Shown here piece after piece: positions 10,070-19,268 of a stretch of 64,000 nt of DNA. Made by a program: the position numbers and the translations under genes. Under the pieces are notes generated by a model. It made no database searches. It was given only the letters and a program-made list of their open reading frames with translations, and was not told where the DNA came from. Origin of the DNA: Myxococcota bacterium (GTDB lineage Bacteria > Myxococcota_A > UBA796 > SXON01); assembly GCA_040386535.1 (NCBI GenBank), contig JAZKFH010000008.1:176011-240010 (forward strand). The letters run 5' to 3'. How positions within the stretch are numbered: the first letter of the stretch is position 1; every line of letters begins with the position of its first letter.

Positions 10070-10888
10070 ATGCGCATGGTCCTTCCCTTGGTCTTCTTGC
10101 TCGGTTGCCCCACCCCCAGCGACGAGGGAAAGGACGGCCCCGAGGTCGATCTGAACGCCGATGACGACGGCGACGGCCTCACCAACGGTGAGGAGACCGA
10201 GCTCGGCACCGACCCGGCCGAGTCCGACTCCGACGCGGACGGTTTCGGCGACAAGGAAGAGCTCGACGGCGGCTACTCCCCGATCTGGGAGTTCTCGCAC
10301 CCCTTCGAGGACGGCGACTACCTCATCGGCAGCTGCCCCGTCCACCCGGACGAGGACAACGCGGGCCCCACGGGCACCGGCTCGTACGACACGTCTTCGT
10401 GGGACGCCTACCAGGAAGGCGACGTGATGGCGAACCTCGTCAATTACGACGCGTTCGGCCAGGAAGTCTCGCTCTACTCCTTCTGCGGCAACTACACGCT
10501 CGTGACGCAGAGCGCCGAGTGGTGCGGGCCCTGCCAGGCCCTCGCCGAGGTCATGGCCGCCGATCAGGACGAGATCCGCGAGACCTACCCCAACTTCAAC
10601 TTCTACGAGCTCCTGTACCAGGACAACTACGGCGCCGTCCCCGACGCCAACGTCCTCCGCTCGTGGAAGCGCGCGTTCGGCCTCGACGGCATCCCCATCG
10701 TCGCCCCCGAGGACAACACCTCCGAGGAGATGTCCTGGATCAACGCCAGCGGCGGCATCCCGGCCACCCTGCTCATGGCGCCGGACATGACGGTCATCTG
10801 GAGCGGCGTGAACCACCCCCGCGAGTACTACCTGTACGACGTGGCGGGCATCATGTCGGCGATCGAAGACTACGAAGCCTCGCTGTAG
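10070..10888 (+). CDS. Thioredoxin-like (TlpA-type) lipoprotein with Ca-binding TSP3-like repeats
   Basis: Lipobox LLGC; DDDGDGLTNGEE...GTDP...DSDADGFGDKEE; SAEWCGPC; GIPAT cis-Pro loop. Confidence 0.85.
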   Translation: MRMVLPLVFLLGCPTPSDEGKDGPEVDLNADDDGDGLTNGEETELGTDPAESDSDADGFGDKEELDGGYSPIWEFSHPFEDGDYLIGSCPVHPDEDNAGPTGTGSYDTSSWDAYQEGDVMANLVNYDAFGQEVSLYSFCGNYTLVTQSAEWCGPCQALAEVMAADQDEIRETYPNFNFYELLYQDNYGAVPDANVLRSWKRAFGLDGIPIVAPEDNTSEEMSWINASGGIPATLLMAPDMTVIWSGVNHPREYYLYDVAGIMSAIEDYEASL

Positions 10889-10906
10889 CCAGCTCCGCGT
10901 CGCGAT

Positions 10907-10944
10907 GGAGGGCGGGCCCGCGTGGGTCCGCCCTTCCTCGTTTT
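10907..10944 (+). terminator. Intrinsic terminator
   Basis: GGAGGGCGGGCCC-GCGT-GGGTCCGCCCTTC stem (two G-U pairs) followed by CTCGTTTT, just after stop 10888. Confidence 0.7.
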
Positions 10945-11049
10945 GTCGGGCCTCGTTTTGGATGGGCGACCAGCGCGGGGCGCGGTGCCCGGGGCCGGGC
11001 CCGAGCGCCCGCCCCCGCCACGCCCCCGGAGCACCGCCCCTTCGAGCCG

Positions 11050-12450
11050 CTATCCGCTCGATCCGGTGCCACCGGGCCGGGTCATCGCGGCGGGATCGAG
11101 CAGCGCGTCCAGCTCGGCCTGCGGGAGCGCCCCGGCGGCCGCCTGTCGCACGCTGCCCCCGCTGCGGGCCGCGGCCTTGGCGATGTCCGCGGCCTTGTCG
11201 TACCCGAGCGCCGGGGCCAGCGCTGTCGCGAGCGCGAGGTTGCGCTCGAGCGTGGCGGCGCAGCGCTCCCGGTCGGCCTCGATGCCGTCTACAGCCTTGG
11301 CGGCGAACGTCCGCGCGCCGTTCGCGAGCAGCGCCACCGAGCGGAGCAGGTTGTCGGCCAGCAGCGGCAGCGAGGTGTTGAGCTCGAGGCTGCCGCCCTG
11401 GGCGCCGAGGGTCACCACGGTGTCGTTGCCGATGACCTGCCAGCCGACCATGGTGAGCATCTCGCACATCACCGGGTTGACCTTGCCCGGCATGATCGAG
11501 CTGCCGGGCTGGGTGGCGGGCAGCTTGAGCTCGGCGAGCCCGGCGCGGGGCCCGCTCGCGAGCAGGCGCACGTCGTTCGCGATCTTGATCAACGAGACCG
11601 CCACGGCGCGCAGCAGGCCGCTCGCCTCGACTACGGCGTCCACGGCGCCCTGGGCCTCGAAGTGGTCGGCGGCCTCGACAAAGGGGAGGCCCGTGTCGAC
11701 CGCGATGCGCGCGATGGCCTTGCGCGGGAACTCCAGGGGCCGGTTCAGGCCGGTGCCCGTGGCGGTGCCGCCCAGGGCGAGCTCCAGGAGCGCGTCGCGG
11801 GCGCGGATGGCGCGCGCGATGCCGAGCTCCACCTGCCGCGCCCATCCCGCGAACTCCTGGCCGAGGCGCACCGGCGTCGCGTCCATCAGGTGGGTGCGGC
11901 CGGTCTTGATCACGTCGTCGAACGCCTGCGCCTTCGTCGCGAGCGAACCGCGCAGGTAGCGGAGCGCGGGCAGGAGATCCTCGTCGATCGCGACGGCGGC
12001 GGCGACGTGCAGCACCGTCGGGATCACGTCGTTCGAGGACTGCGACATGTTGACGTGGTCGTTCGGATGCACCGGCGTTCGCGCGCCGATGACGCCGCCC
12101 ATGAGCTCGATCGCGCGGTTCGCGATCACCTCGTTGGCGTTCATATTGGTCGAGGTGCCCGAGCCGGTCTGGAACACGTCCACCGGGAACTGGGCGTCCC
12201 ACTGGCCGTCGGCCACCTCCTGCGCGGCGGCGCCCACCCATTCGGCCACGTCCACCGGCAGCAGGCCGAGCTCCTCGTTGGTGAACGCGCACGCGCGCTT
12301 CACGATGCCGAGCGCCTGGATGAACCGGCGCGGCAAGCGCTGCCCGGAGATGGGGAAGTTCTCGATCGCGCGCTGCGTCTGCGCGCCCCAGTACGCGTCC
12401 GCGGGAACCCGTACGTCGCCGAGCGAGTCCTTCTCGATGCGATGGCGCAA
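11050..12450 (-). CDS. fumC: Class II fumarate hydratase
   Basis: QTGSGTSTNMN, HPNDHVNMSQSSND, GRTHLMDA, GSSIMPGKVNP; TTG start with GGAGG. Confidence 0.93.
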   Translation of the reverse strand: MRHRIEKDSLGDVRVPADAYWGAQTQRAIENFPISGQRLPRRFIQALGIVKRACAFTNEELGLLPVDVAEWVGAAAQEVADGQWDAQFPVDVFQTGSGTSTNMNANEVIANRAIELMGGVIGARTPVHPNDHVNMSQSSNDVIPTVLHVAAAVAIDEDLLPALRYLRGSLATKAQAFDDVIKTGRTHLMDATPVRLGQEFAGWARQVELGIARAIRARDALLELALGGTATGTGLNRPLEFPRKAIARIAVDTGLPFVEAADHFEAQGAVDAVVEASGLLRAVAVSLIKIANDVRLLASGPRAGLAELKLPATQPGSSIMPGKVNPVMCEMLTMVGWQVIGNDTVVTLGAQGGSLELNTSLPLLADNLLRSVALLANGARTFAAKAVDGIEADRERCAATLERNLALATALAPALGYDKAADIAKAAARSGGSVRQAAAGALPQAELDALLDPAAMTRPGGTGSSG

Positions 12451-12543
12451 CGTCCCTCCGTGAGCTGCCGCCTCTTATCGGTATCCGCGCCGCGTTGCGG
12501 GTTAAGGACGTGGCCTGTGGGAGAACGGGTGTCGGGAGAGAGG

Positions 12544-13206
12544 GTGTCCAACGACGAGGGCCTCGAGGCGCGGCTCATCGAGGTCTACACCTCCGTCCAG
12601 GGCGAGAGCACCTGGGTCGGGCTCCCGTGTGTCTTCGTCCGCTTCGCCGGCTGCAACCTGCGTTGCACGTGGTGTGACTCGGTGTTCACGTTCACCGGCG
12701 GCGCGCGGCGCCCGATCGACGACATCGTCGAGGAGGTCGTCGCCACCGGCGTCCCCCTGGTCGAGGTCACCGGCGGCGAGCCCCTCGTGCACAAGTCGGC
12801 GGGGCCGCTCATGCAGGCGCTGCTCGACCGCGGGCTCACGGTGCTCCTCGAGACCAGTGGCAGCCGCGACATCGCGGTGGTGCCCGCCGGCGTGCACATC
12901 ATCCTCGATCTGAAGCCGCCCGACAGCGGCGAGGAGCGCGCGAACCTCTGGTCGAACATCCCGCTCCTCCAGAAGAAGGACGAGGTGAAGTTCGTCATCG
13001 CATCACGACGCGACTACGAGTGGTCGCGGGACGTGTTGCGTGAGCACCACCTCCAGGATCGCGTCGGCGCCGTGTTGTTCTCGCCCGCCTGGGGCCTCGT
13101 CGACCCGCGCGTGCTGGTCGAATGGATCGTCGCGGATCGGCTGCCGGTCCGGTTCCAGGTGCAGATGCACAAGTACGTCTGGCCACCGGAAGAGAGAGGA
13201 GTCTAG
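12544..13206 (+). CDS. queE: 7-carboxy-7-deazaguanine synthase (radical SAM)
   Basis: EVYTSVQGE, FVRFAGCNLRCTWCD (CxxxCxxC), TGGEPL, LETSG, QMHKYVW. GTG start inferred. Confidence 0.9.
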   Translation: MSNDEGLEARLIEVYTSVQGESTWVGLPCVFVRFAGCNLRCTWCDSVFTFTGGARRPIDDIVEEVVATGVPLVEVTGGEPLVHKSAGPLMQALLDRGLTVLLETSGSRDIAVVPAGVHIILDLKPPDSGEERANLWSNIPLLQKKDEVKFVIASRRDYEWSRDVLREHHLQDRVGAVLFSPAWGLVDPRVLVEWIVADRLPVRFQVQMHKYVWPPEERGV

Positions 13207-13207
13207 G

Positions 13208-13420
13208 ATGCAAGCGACCATGGACACGATCACGCTCGGCATCGACGGGATGAGCTGCGGGGGCTGCGTGCTCTCCGTGGAGAAGGCGCTCGGCCGCGTC
13301 GAGGGCGTCACCAAGGTCGTCGTCACCCTGGAGAAGAAGGAGGCCGTGGTCGAGGGCAAGAACCTCGATCGGCAGCGCCTCGCGGACGCCGTGGCGGACG
13401 CCGGGTACGACGTCCGGTAG
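13208..13420 (+). CDS. Heavy-metal-associated (CopZ-like) chaperone
   Basis: GMSCGGC ... ADAGYDV, about 70 aa. Confidence 0.9.
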   Translation: MQATMDTITLGIDGMSCGGCVLSVEKALGRVEGVTKVVVTLEKKEAVVEGKNLDRQRLADAVADAGYDVR

Positions 13421-14974
13421 ATGCCCTACCTCCTCCTGCTCGGCGCCTGCCAGGGCCCCACCGATGACGCTCCGATCGGGCCCGAGGACACCGGGCCGAC
13501 CGACACCGGGCCCATCGAGGAGGTTCCCTTCGAGTCCCCCGTCAGCACGGAGCCGCAGGCAGGGCGGGCCACCCCCCCGGTCGACGTGCTCGTGATCGGC
13601 GCCGGCGCGGCCGGCCTCGCCGCGGCGCTGGAGGCGTGGCAGGCGGGCGCCTCGGTGCGGATCCTGGAGCGCGAGGACGACTTCGGCGGCTCCGCCGCGT
13701 GGGCCGGCGGGCTGATGATGTTCTCCGGCACGCCCGAGCAGCTCGCGGCGGGCGTCACCGACTCTCCCGCCACCCTGCTCTCCGAGTGGGCGTCGTTCAC
13801 CGGCGGCGACCCGAACGATCCGTGGGTCACGCTGTTCGCCGAGCAGAACGTCCCGCAGGTGTACGACTGGCTCGCGGACCTCGGCGTCTCCTGGGTGAAC
13901 CTGGGAGCGGACGCGTCGTCGGGCCCGACCGCCCGCGTGCACGAGGTGCGCGGCGGCGGGCCGGCGCTGGTGATGGCGATCGAGGCCCCGCTCGACGGCG
14001 GGATCATCCGGTACGGCGCGGAGGCCCAGGCGCTGCTCCGGGACCGGACCGGCCGCGTCACCGGCGTGCGCTGGCTCGATCGCGACGCGGACGTCGAGCA
14101 CGTCGCGTTGGCACGGACCGTCATCGTCGCGACCGGCGGCTTCATGCACGATCTCGAGCGCGTGCGCGCCGAGCGCCCGGACCTCGCCGATCGGGATCTG
14201 CGCTACGGCAGCTGGCCCGGCGCGGACGGCAACGGGCTCACCCTGGTGGAGGGCGTGTCGGGCGCCACGCAGAACCTCGGCGCGGTGGGGCTCTACGCGC
14301 ACGGTGTCCCCGCCCCAGGGGACACGCAAGACGAGGTCCTGGCCGGCATCCTCCCGGGCCTGCCGTGGATCAACAACCTCGGCCGCCGCTTCGTCGACGA
14401 GTCCGAGGCCAACAGCTTCCCCACCGGCTCCGTGCGTGCCGAACAACCCGACGGCGAGGCCTGGGTGGTGCTCGACGCGCCCATCGCCGGCAGCGCCGCG
14501 TTCCCGTCGTCGTGGCCTGGCGGCGAGGCCCTCTCGTTCGCCGATCTCGACGACGCGGGCCTCGTAGTGCACGGCGCCGACCTCGCGAGCCTCGCGGGCG
14601 CGCTCGGCGTCGACGCGGACACGCTCACCGGCGAGCTCACCGCCTACAACGACTACGTGCGCGGGCGCTCGGACACCGACGCCTACCGCGAGAGCCGCGA
14701 GCGCACCCAGCCCGTGATGGCGCCGCCCTACTACGCCATCCCCATCGCGATCACGGTGGCGAAGGGCTTCGGCGGCGTCGACGTCGACCTTTCCGGGCGT
14801 GTGGTCGACACCGCCGGCGTCGTGATCCCCGGCCTCTACGCCGCGGGGGAGCTCACCGGCATGGCCGGCGGCTCGCTCGTGGGCGACTACGGCTTCACCG
14901 GGTCGCTCTCCGCCGTGGTCCTCGGCGGGCGCATCGCCGGCGGGGCCGCGGCTACCGAGGCCCTCGGCGAGTAG
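13421..14974 (+). CDS. FAD-dependent oxidoreductase lipoprotein (flavocytochrome c flavin subunit / FAD_binding_2 family)
   Basis: Lipobox LGAC; DVLVIGAGAAGL, VIVATGGF, GRRFVDES, PGLYAAGE. Confidence 0.85.
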   Translation: MPYLLLLGACQGPTDDAPIGPEDTGPTDTGPIEEVPFESPVSTEPQAGRATPPVDVLVIGAGAAGLAAALEAWQAGASVRILEREDDFGGSAAWAGGLMMFSGTPEQLAAGVTDSPATLLSEWASFTGGDPNDPWVTLFAEQNVPQVYDWLADLGVSWVNLGADASSGPTARVHEVRGGGPALVMAIEAPLDGGIIRYGAEAQALLRDRTGRVTGVRWLDRDADVEHVALARTVIVATGGFMHDLERVRAERPDLADRDLRYGSWPGADGNGLTLVEGVSGATQNLGAVGLYAHGVPAPGDTQDEVLAGILPGLPWINNLGRRFVDESEANSFPTGSVRAEQPDGEAWVVLDAPIAGSAAFPSSWPGGEALSFADLDDAGLVVHGADLASLAGALGVDADTLTGELTAYNDYVRGRSDTDAYRESRERTQPVMAPPYYAIPIAITVAKGFGGVDVDLSGRVVDTAGVVIPGLYAAGELTGMAGGSLVGDYGFTGSLSAVVLGGRIAGGAAATEALGE

Positions 14975-14977
14975 CGG

Positions 14978-16618
14978 CTATCCCCCCTCGTGCGTCAGGC
15001 GGTAGTTCAGGACGAGGCAGGACACCGGGCTCGGCAAGGTGCCGAACGTCGCTTCCATGCGCTTCTTGTCGCCGTTGAGCACCGCGTCGCACGGGAGGAT
15101 CATCGACCGCGCGATCATCTCCGCGGTGCGCTCGACCACCCAGTTTCCGCCGGCCGTGTCGGAGAGCACGACGGTCGGGGAGAGCTTCACGAAGTCGATG
15201 GTGCTCTTGCTCACGTCCACGTACTTGGCGCCCGGGATGTCTGCTGCGAACACCTTGGCCATGCGCGACACGGCCACGTAGGGGCTGTCCACGTCGGGGA
15301 CGAACTTGCTCGACTTGCCGACCATGTCCTCCAGCGCCGCGACCACCTTCGGCAGGCTCTCGCGGTCGTCCTCTCCGTCGGCACGCACGCAGGTGCGCTC
15401 GCCCTGGCGGATCACCTCGGCGGCGCTCGGCACGTTCGTGTCGAGCACGGGCTCCCCGGCGCTCGCCCCCGTCGCGGACAGGAGCTGCGTGCGCGCCACC
15501 TCGTCCTGGGACACGGCCGTCGCGTCGCCGCTGACGTAGGCGTCGAGCTGCACCTGGGCGAGCCCGAGGTTCTTCGCCTGACGATAGGTCAGCCGCGCCG
15601 GGCCGCGCCCGCACACCTCGGTTTCCCGCGAGTCGAGCACCTTGTCCCACTGCCCCTGCACGCGGCCGCGGGTCGCCGCGAGGTAGGGGAGCAGGCGCTT
15701 GGTGTCGGGGTCGAACTTGTCCGACTTCTCGACGCGCTCGCGCCAGCGGGCGAACTCCTCGGGCCGCGCGGACTCCTCGTACATCCAGCTGTAGACCTCG
15801 GGGTTGTCGAGGATCTTCTTCGCCTGGGTCTTCACGAGCCCCACGAACGCGGTGTCCTTCTTCATCGCGAGGCCCACCGAGCGCACGCCGGTGATGGTGA
15901 TGGCGAGCTCGTCGAACGCGAAGTTCTCCACGTCCGTGCCGACGCTCCCCGCGTAGGCGAGCTCCTCGCGGCAGTCCGCCGCGTCGTCCGCGGCCTTGTT
16001 GGCGTCGGACTTGAACTTGAAGGCGGTGCACGCCGACACGCCGGTCGAGAAGTAGCCGAACAACATGATCGCGCCGAGGATCAGGATGCGGGGCTGCCAG
16101 ATCGCGCCGGACTTGATGAAGTACCACCCGCGCATCGCGATGGAGACGGGCGAGAAGGTGTAGAGGCGCGCCAGGAACAGGTCCCAGCCCGCGGTGGCGA
16201 AGCGGCCGGCGGTGAGGTTTTTCGGGCCCCGGCGGGCGGCGGGGCTGCGCGCGGCCTTCATCTCCGGCGGAAGCTCGCCGAGCTCGATGAAGAAGCGGGG
16301 GCCCTCCGGGGTCACGAGCGCGAACGAGTCGCCCGGCTTGACGGCCGTGGGCGTCTGCACCTGCACGGGGCGACGCGCGTCCCCCTTCCACAGGAACACC
16401 GCGGCGGTGCGCTCCGACGGCGCCAGGATCATGCTCGCGCCGCCCTGCCGGATGACCTTGCAGTGCTCCTTCGCGACGCCCAGCGACTCCGGGAGCGTGA
16501 TGTGGCAACGCTCCTTGTTCGAGCCCAGGCGTGCTTCGAGCCCTTCGAACGGACCGAAGCGGGTGCCCCCGAACTCGGGGGACAACACGAGGTAGAGGAC
16601 CAGATCGCCTTGGGACAT
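14978..16618 (-). CDS. Bitopic membrane protein with N-terminal degenerate FHA-like domain
   Basis: RLGS...CHITL...GVAKEHC...VKPGDSFAL follows the FHA pattern; one TM (ILILGAIMLFGYF), short coiled coil, Cys-containing C-domain. GGAG SD and TATACT upstream. Confidence 0.7.
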   Translation of the reverse strand: MSQGDLVLYLVLSPEFGGTRFGPFEGLEARLGSNKERCHITLPESLGVAKEHCKVIRQGGASMILAPSERTAAVFLWKGDARRPVQVQTPTAVKPGDSFALVTPEGPRFFIELGELPPEMKAARSPAARRGPKNLTAGRFATAGWDLFLARLYTFSPVSIAMRGWYFIKSGAIWQPRILILGAIMLFGYFSTGVSACTAFKFKSDANKAADDAADCREELAYAGSVGTDVENFAFDELAITITGVRSVGLAMKKDTAFVGLVKTQAKKILDNPEVYSWMYEESARPEEFARWRERVEKSDKFDPDTKRLLPYLAATRGRVQGQWDKVLDSRETEVCGRGPARLTYRQAKNLGLAQVQLDAYVSGDATAVSQDEVARTQLLSATGASAGEPVLDTNVPSAAEVIRQGERTCVRADGEDDRESLPKVVAALEDMVGKSSKFVPDVDSPYVAVSRMAKVFAADIPGAKYVDVSKSTIDFVKLSPTVVLSDTAGGNWVVERTAEMIARSMILPCDAVLNGDKKRMEATFGTLPSPVSCLVLNYRLTHEGG

Positions 16619-16698
16619 GTGCGCTCCGCGGCGAAGTATACCCCCATGGCCGAAGCGGCGTTTCGTCGCTGCCGCCCGCATGGTAGAGTCGCCGGCCC

Positions 16699-17706
16699 GT
16701 GAACATCTTCCTCATCCCCTACACCTGGATGCGCCACCTCTCGGTGTCCCTGGTGTGCGCGGGCGCAGCGCTGCTCGCCTGGTGGTTCGTCCTCGCGATC
16801 GCGGTGATCTTCCCCATCTGGACCGTCGAGTGGGACGGCGCGATCTACATCACGACCGTCGTGGCCGCGGTGGCCGGCGCATCCACCCTCGCGGAGGCCT
16901 CCTTGCGGCGCGCGCCGCTGTGGAAGCGCGGGCTACGCACGATCGGGAGCGGCGCCATCTCCGGCGTGCTGGCGCTCGCCGGCTATTGGAGCTGGCACCT
17001 CGTGATGGGGCCGCTCGCCTTCGACGACGCGGCGGCCGCCGATCTCGCGGAGCCCACGCTGGTGTCGCTCCGCTACCGCATGGCGGCGTTCCTGTTCGCC
17101 GGCGTCCAGGCCGGCGTCGGCCCCCTGGTGTTCCGCAAGGGCGCGGGCTTCTTCGCCCACATCGGCGCCGGCGCCGTGGCGGGGCTGCTCGCCGGGGCGG
17201 CGTGGTACGTCCTCGGGTACCCGAAGTCGTTCATCGGCCTCTCCGATTTGTACCTGGCGAGCGCGGGCGGGGCCGTCGTCTTCGGATCCACGTTCGGACT
17301 GCTCGCCTGGGGCATCCCGGACAACCTCTACGCTGGCTGGATGCGCATCGTCAGCGAGACCCGCCACGGGCGCCGCATCCCCATCGACGCGCCGGACGGC
17401 GGGGTGCGCGAGCGCTTCATCGGCCACTTCCCGCGCGGGCTCGACCTGTTCCTCCCCGCGGAGGACGGCGTGATGGAGCTCCACATCTCCCTGATGGTGA
17501 CCCGCCGGCAGGAGTACCGCGCCCGCGGCCTCACGCTGAAGCCCACCCTCGTGCGGCGCTTCCTCGAGCGAATCGACCTGCGTTACGACGCACGGCGCCC
17601 CGCTCCGCTGGAGACCAAGCTCTCCTCGGGGGACCGCTTCCTCCTCGGCCCGCCCGCCGACCCCACCGTGATCGAGTTCATCATGCTTCCGCGCGAGGAG
17701 CGTTGA
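16699..17706 (+). CDS. Multi-pass membrane protein with C-terminal degenerate FHA-like domain
   Basis: About 6 hydrophobic segments, then GWMRIVS...FIGH...DLFL...GVMELH...LSSGDRFLLG. Confidence 0.72.
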   Translation: MNIFLIPYTWMRHLSVSLVCAGAALLAWWFVLAIAVIFPIWTVEWDGAIYITTVVAAVAGASTLAEASLRRAPLWKRGLRTIGSGAISGVLALAGYWSWHLVMGPLAFDDAAAADLAEPTLVSLRYRMAAFLFAGVQAGVGPLVFRKGAGFFAHIGAGAVAGLLAGAAWYVLGYPKSFIGLSDLYLASAGGAVVFGSTFGLLAWGIPDNLYAGWMRIVSETRHGRRIPIDAPDGGVRERFIGHFPRGLDLFLPAEDGVMELHISLMVTRRQEYRARGLTLKPTLVRRFLERIDLRYDARRPAPLETKLSSGDRFLLGPPADPTVIEFIMLPREER

Positions 17707-19154
17707 TGGCCCGGATCGTGCTGCTCCTCCCGCTGTTCCTGGCCCTGTTCGCCTGCGGCCAGACCGATCTCGTGCCCGTGCCCGGCACGACCGTCCGCGT
17801 GGCGCCGCCCAAGTCCTCAGGGCAAGGAAAGCAGGCGCTCGAGCTCCACATCTTCCACACGGAAGAGGAGTGTTACGCCGCGGTCAAGGCGGAGGACGTG
17901 CCGTTCTGCCTCCCGTTCGTCGACCGGGCCACGGGCCAGGTGCGCGTCGCCTACCAGATGCGGGTCGACGGGGACGTGTGGAGCATCCCGTTCGCCGAGG
18001 ACACCCTTGAGATCTACCACAAGAACCAGCGGGTCACTCGCGACGGGCTGAAGGACTACAAGATCATCCCGCACGACCCCGCGCGGGCCGAGCAGCTCTT
18101 CGTCCTCATGATCGACGCCACGTACTCGATGGGCCTCGATGACGAAGGGAACGGGGTCACCCGCCTCGAGAAGGTGAAGCGCGCTCTGTTGCGTCCCGAC
18201 GTCGTCGACGCGTTTTTCCCCAGCGACGTGCAGACCTCGGTTGTCCCGTTGATCTTCCGCGGCGGCAAGCTCCCCGAGCCCCTGCTCGGCAAGTGGATCA
18301 TCGACAACAAGCGCGATTACCGGCAGATCATCAAGGACGGCCTCGCGGAGACAGGCGGTTTCACGCCGCTCTACGAGGCGATCGAGTTCTCGGCGACCAC
18401 CGCCTTGGAGGTCGACGAGGTCAAGAAGAAGATCATGCTCGGCAAGCAGGCGCCGACCGTCATCGTGCTCACGGACGGCTTCAACAACCCGCTCCCGGCC
18501 GACACCTGCGCGGACAACGCGCCGCGGCTGGAGAAGCTGCTCAAGAAGCTCGACGGGATCCGGCGCGGCGAGTCGGCGGACGTTCGCTACGTTCCGACCG
18601 TCTTCACCGTCGGCCTCGGCCGATCGGCGTGGCGCGGCTTCGAGGTGCCGGACAACCTCAACGTCTCGCCCAAGACCATCTGCAAGGGCCTCGGTGATCA
18701 GCTGATCAACGGCGGCGTGGAGACCAAGGGCGTCGACAACGCCGCGCTCTCCTGGATCGCGCGGGTCGGCGGCGGCGGGAGCTTCATCAGCCGCACCACC
18801 GACGGGCTCGCGGACGCGTTCAAGGCGGCGGCCGCAGTGCGCTACGCGTGGTTCGAGGCCCGCTACAAGGTGGATCCCTTCCACCTCCGGCGCTCGTTCG
18901 AGACCAAGCTTCGCCTCGCGAGCCTGCTGCGGAGCGAGGGGACCGTGTGGATGCATCCGAGCGGCTGGATCGACGCCCCGCCCGGCATCGCCGGTCCCGA
19001 CGGATGGACCCGCGCCGCGCCCTTCCGCGAGACGACGACGTTGCTGCTGCCCCTCCTCGGGCTCCTCGCCGCCCTGGGGTACGTCCCGGCCGCGTGGTTC
19101 AACGTGCGCCGCGCGCTGTTCTCCCGCGTCGCCCGGCGTAGAAAGCCCCGCTGA
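17706..19154 (+). CDS. von Willebrand factor A domain lipoprotein with C-terminal TM helix
   Basis: Lipobox LFAC; MIDAS-like IDATYSM, TPLYEAI, IVLTDG, VFTVGLG; TGATG coupling to the previous gene. Confidence 0.85.
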   Translation: MARIVLLLPLFLALFACGQTDLVPVPGTTVRVAPPKSSGQGKQALELHIFHTEEECYAAVKAEDVPFCLPFVDRATGQVRVAYQMRVDGDVWSIPFAEDTLEIYHKNQRVTRDGLKDYKIIPHDPARAEQLFVLMIDATYSMGLDDEGNGVTRLEKVKRALLRPDVVDAFFPSDVQTSVVPLIFRGGKLPEPLLGKWIIDNKRDYRQIIKDGLAETGGFTPLYEAIEFSATTALEVDEVKKKIMLGKQAPTVIVLTDGFNNPLPADTCADNAPRLEKLLKKLDGIRRGESADVRYVPTVFTVGLGRSAWRGFEVPDNLNVSPKTICKGLGDQLINGGVETKGVDNAALSWIARVGGGGSFISRTTDGLADAFKAAAAVRYAWFEARYKVDPFHLRRSFETKLRLASLLRSEGTVWMHPSGWIDAPPGIAGPDGWTRAAPFRETTTLLLPLLGLLAALGYVPAAWFNVRRALFSRVARRRKPR

Positions 19155-19268
19155 AGTTGGAGAGAGGCCGAAACTCCGTCGGGGTTGCGGTGTCGGACTC
19201 CATGCCGTACGATCGGGCGGCCGCCCTCGGCCCTCCGACGGTGGGGCGTCGGCGCACGTAGAGGAACC

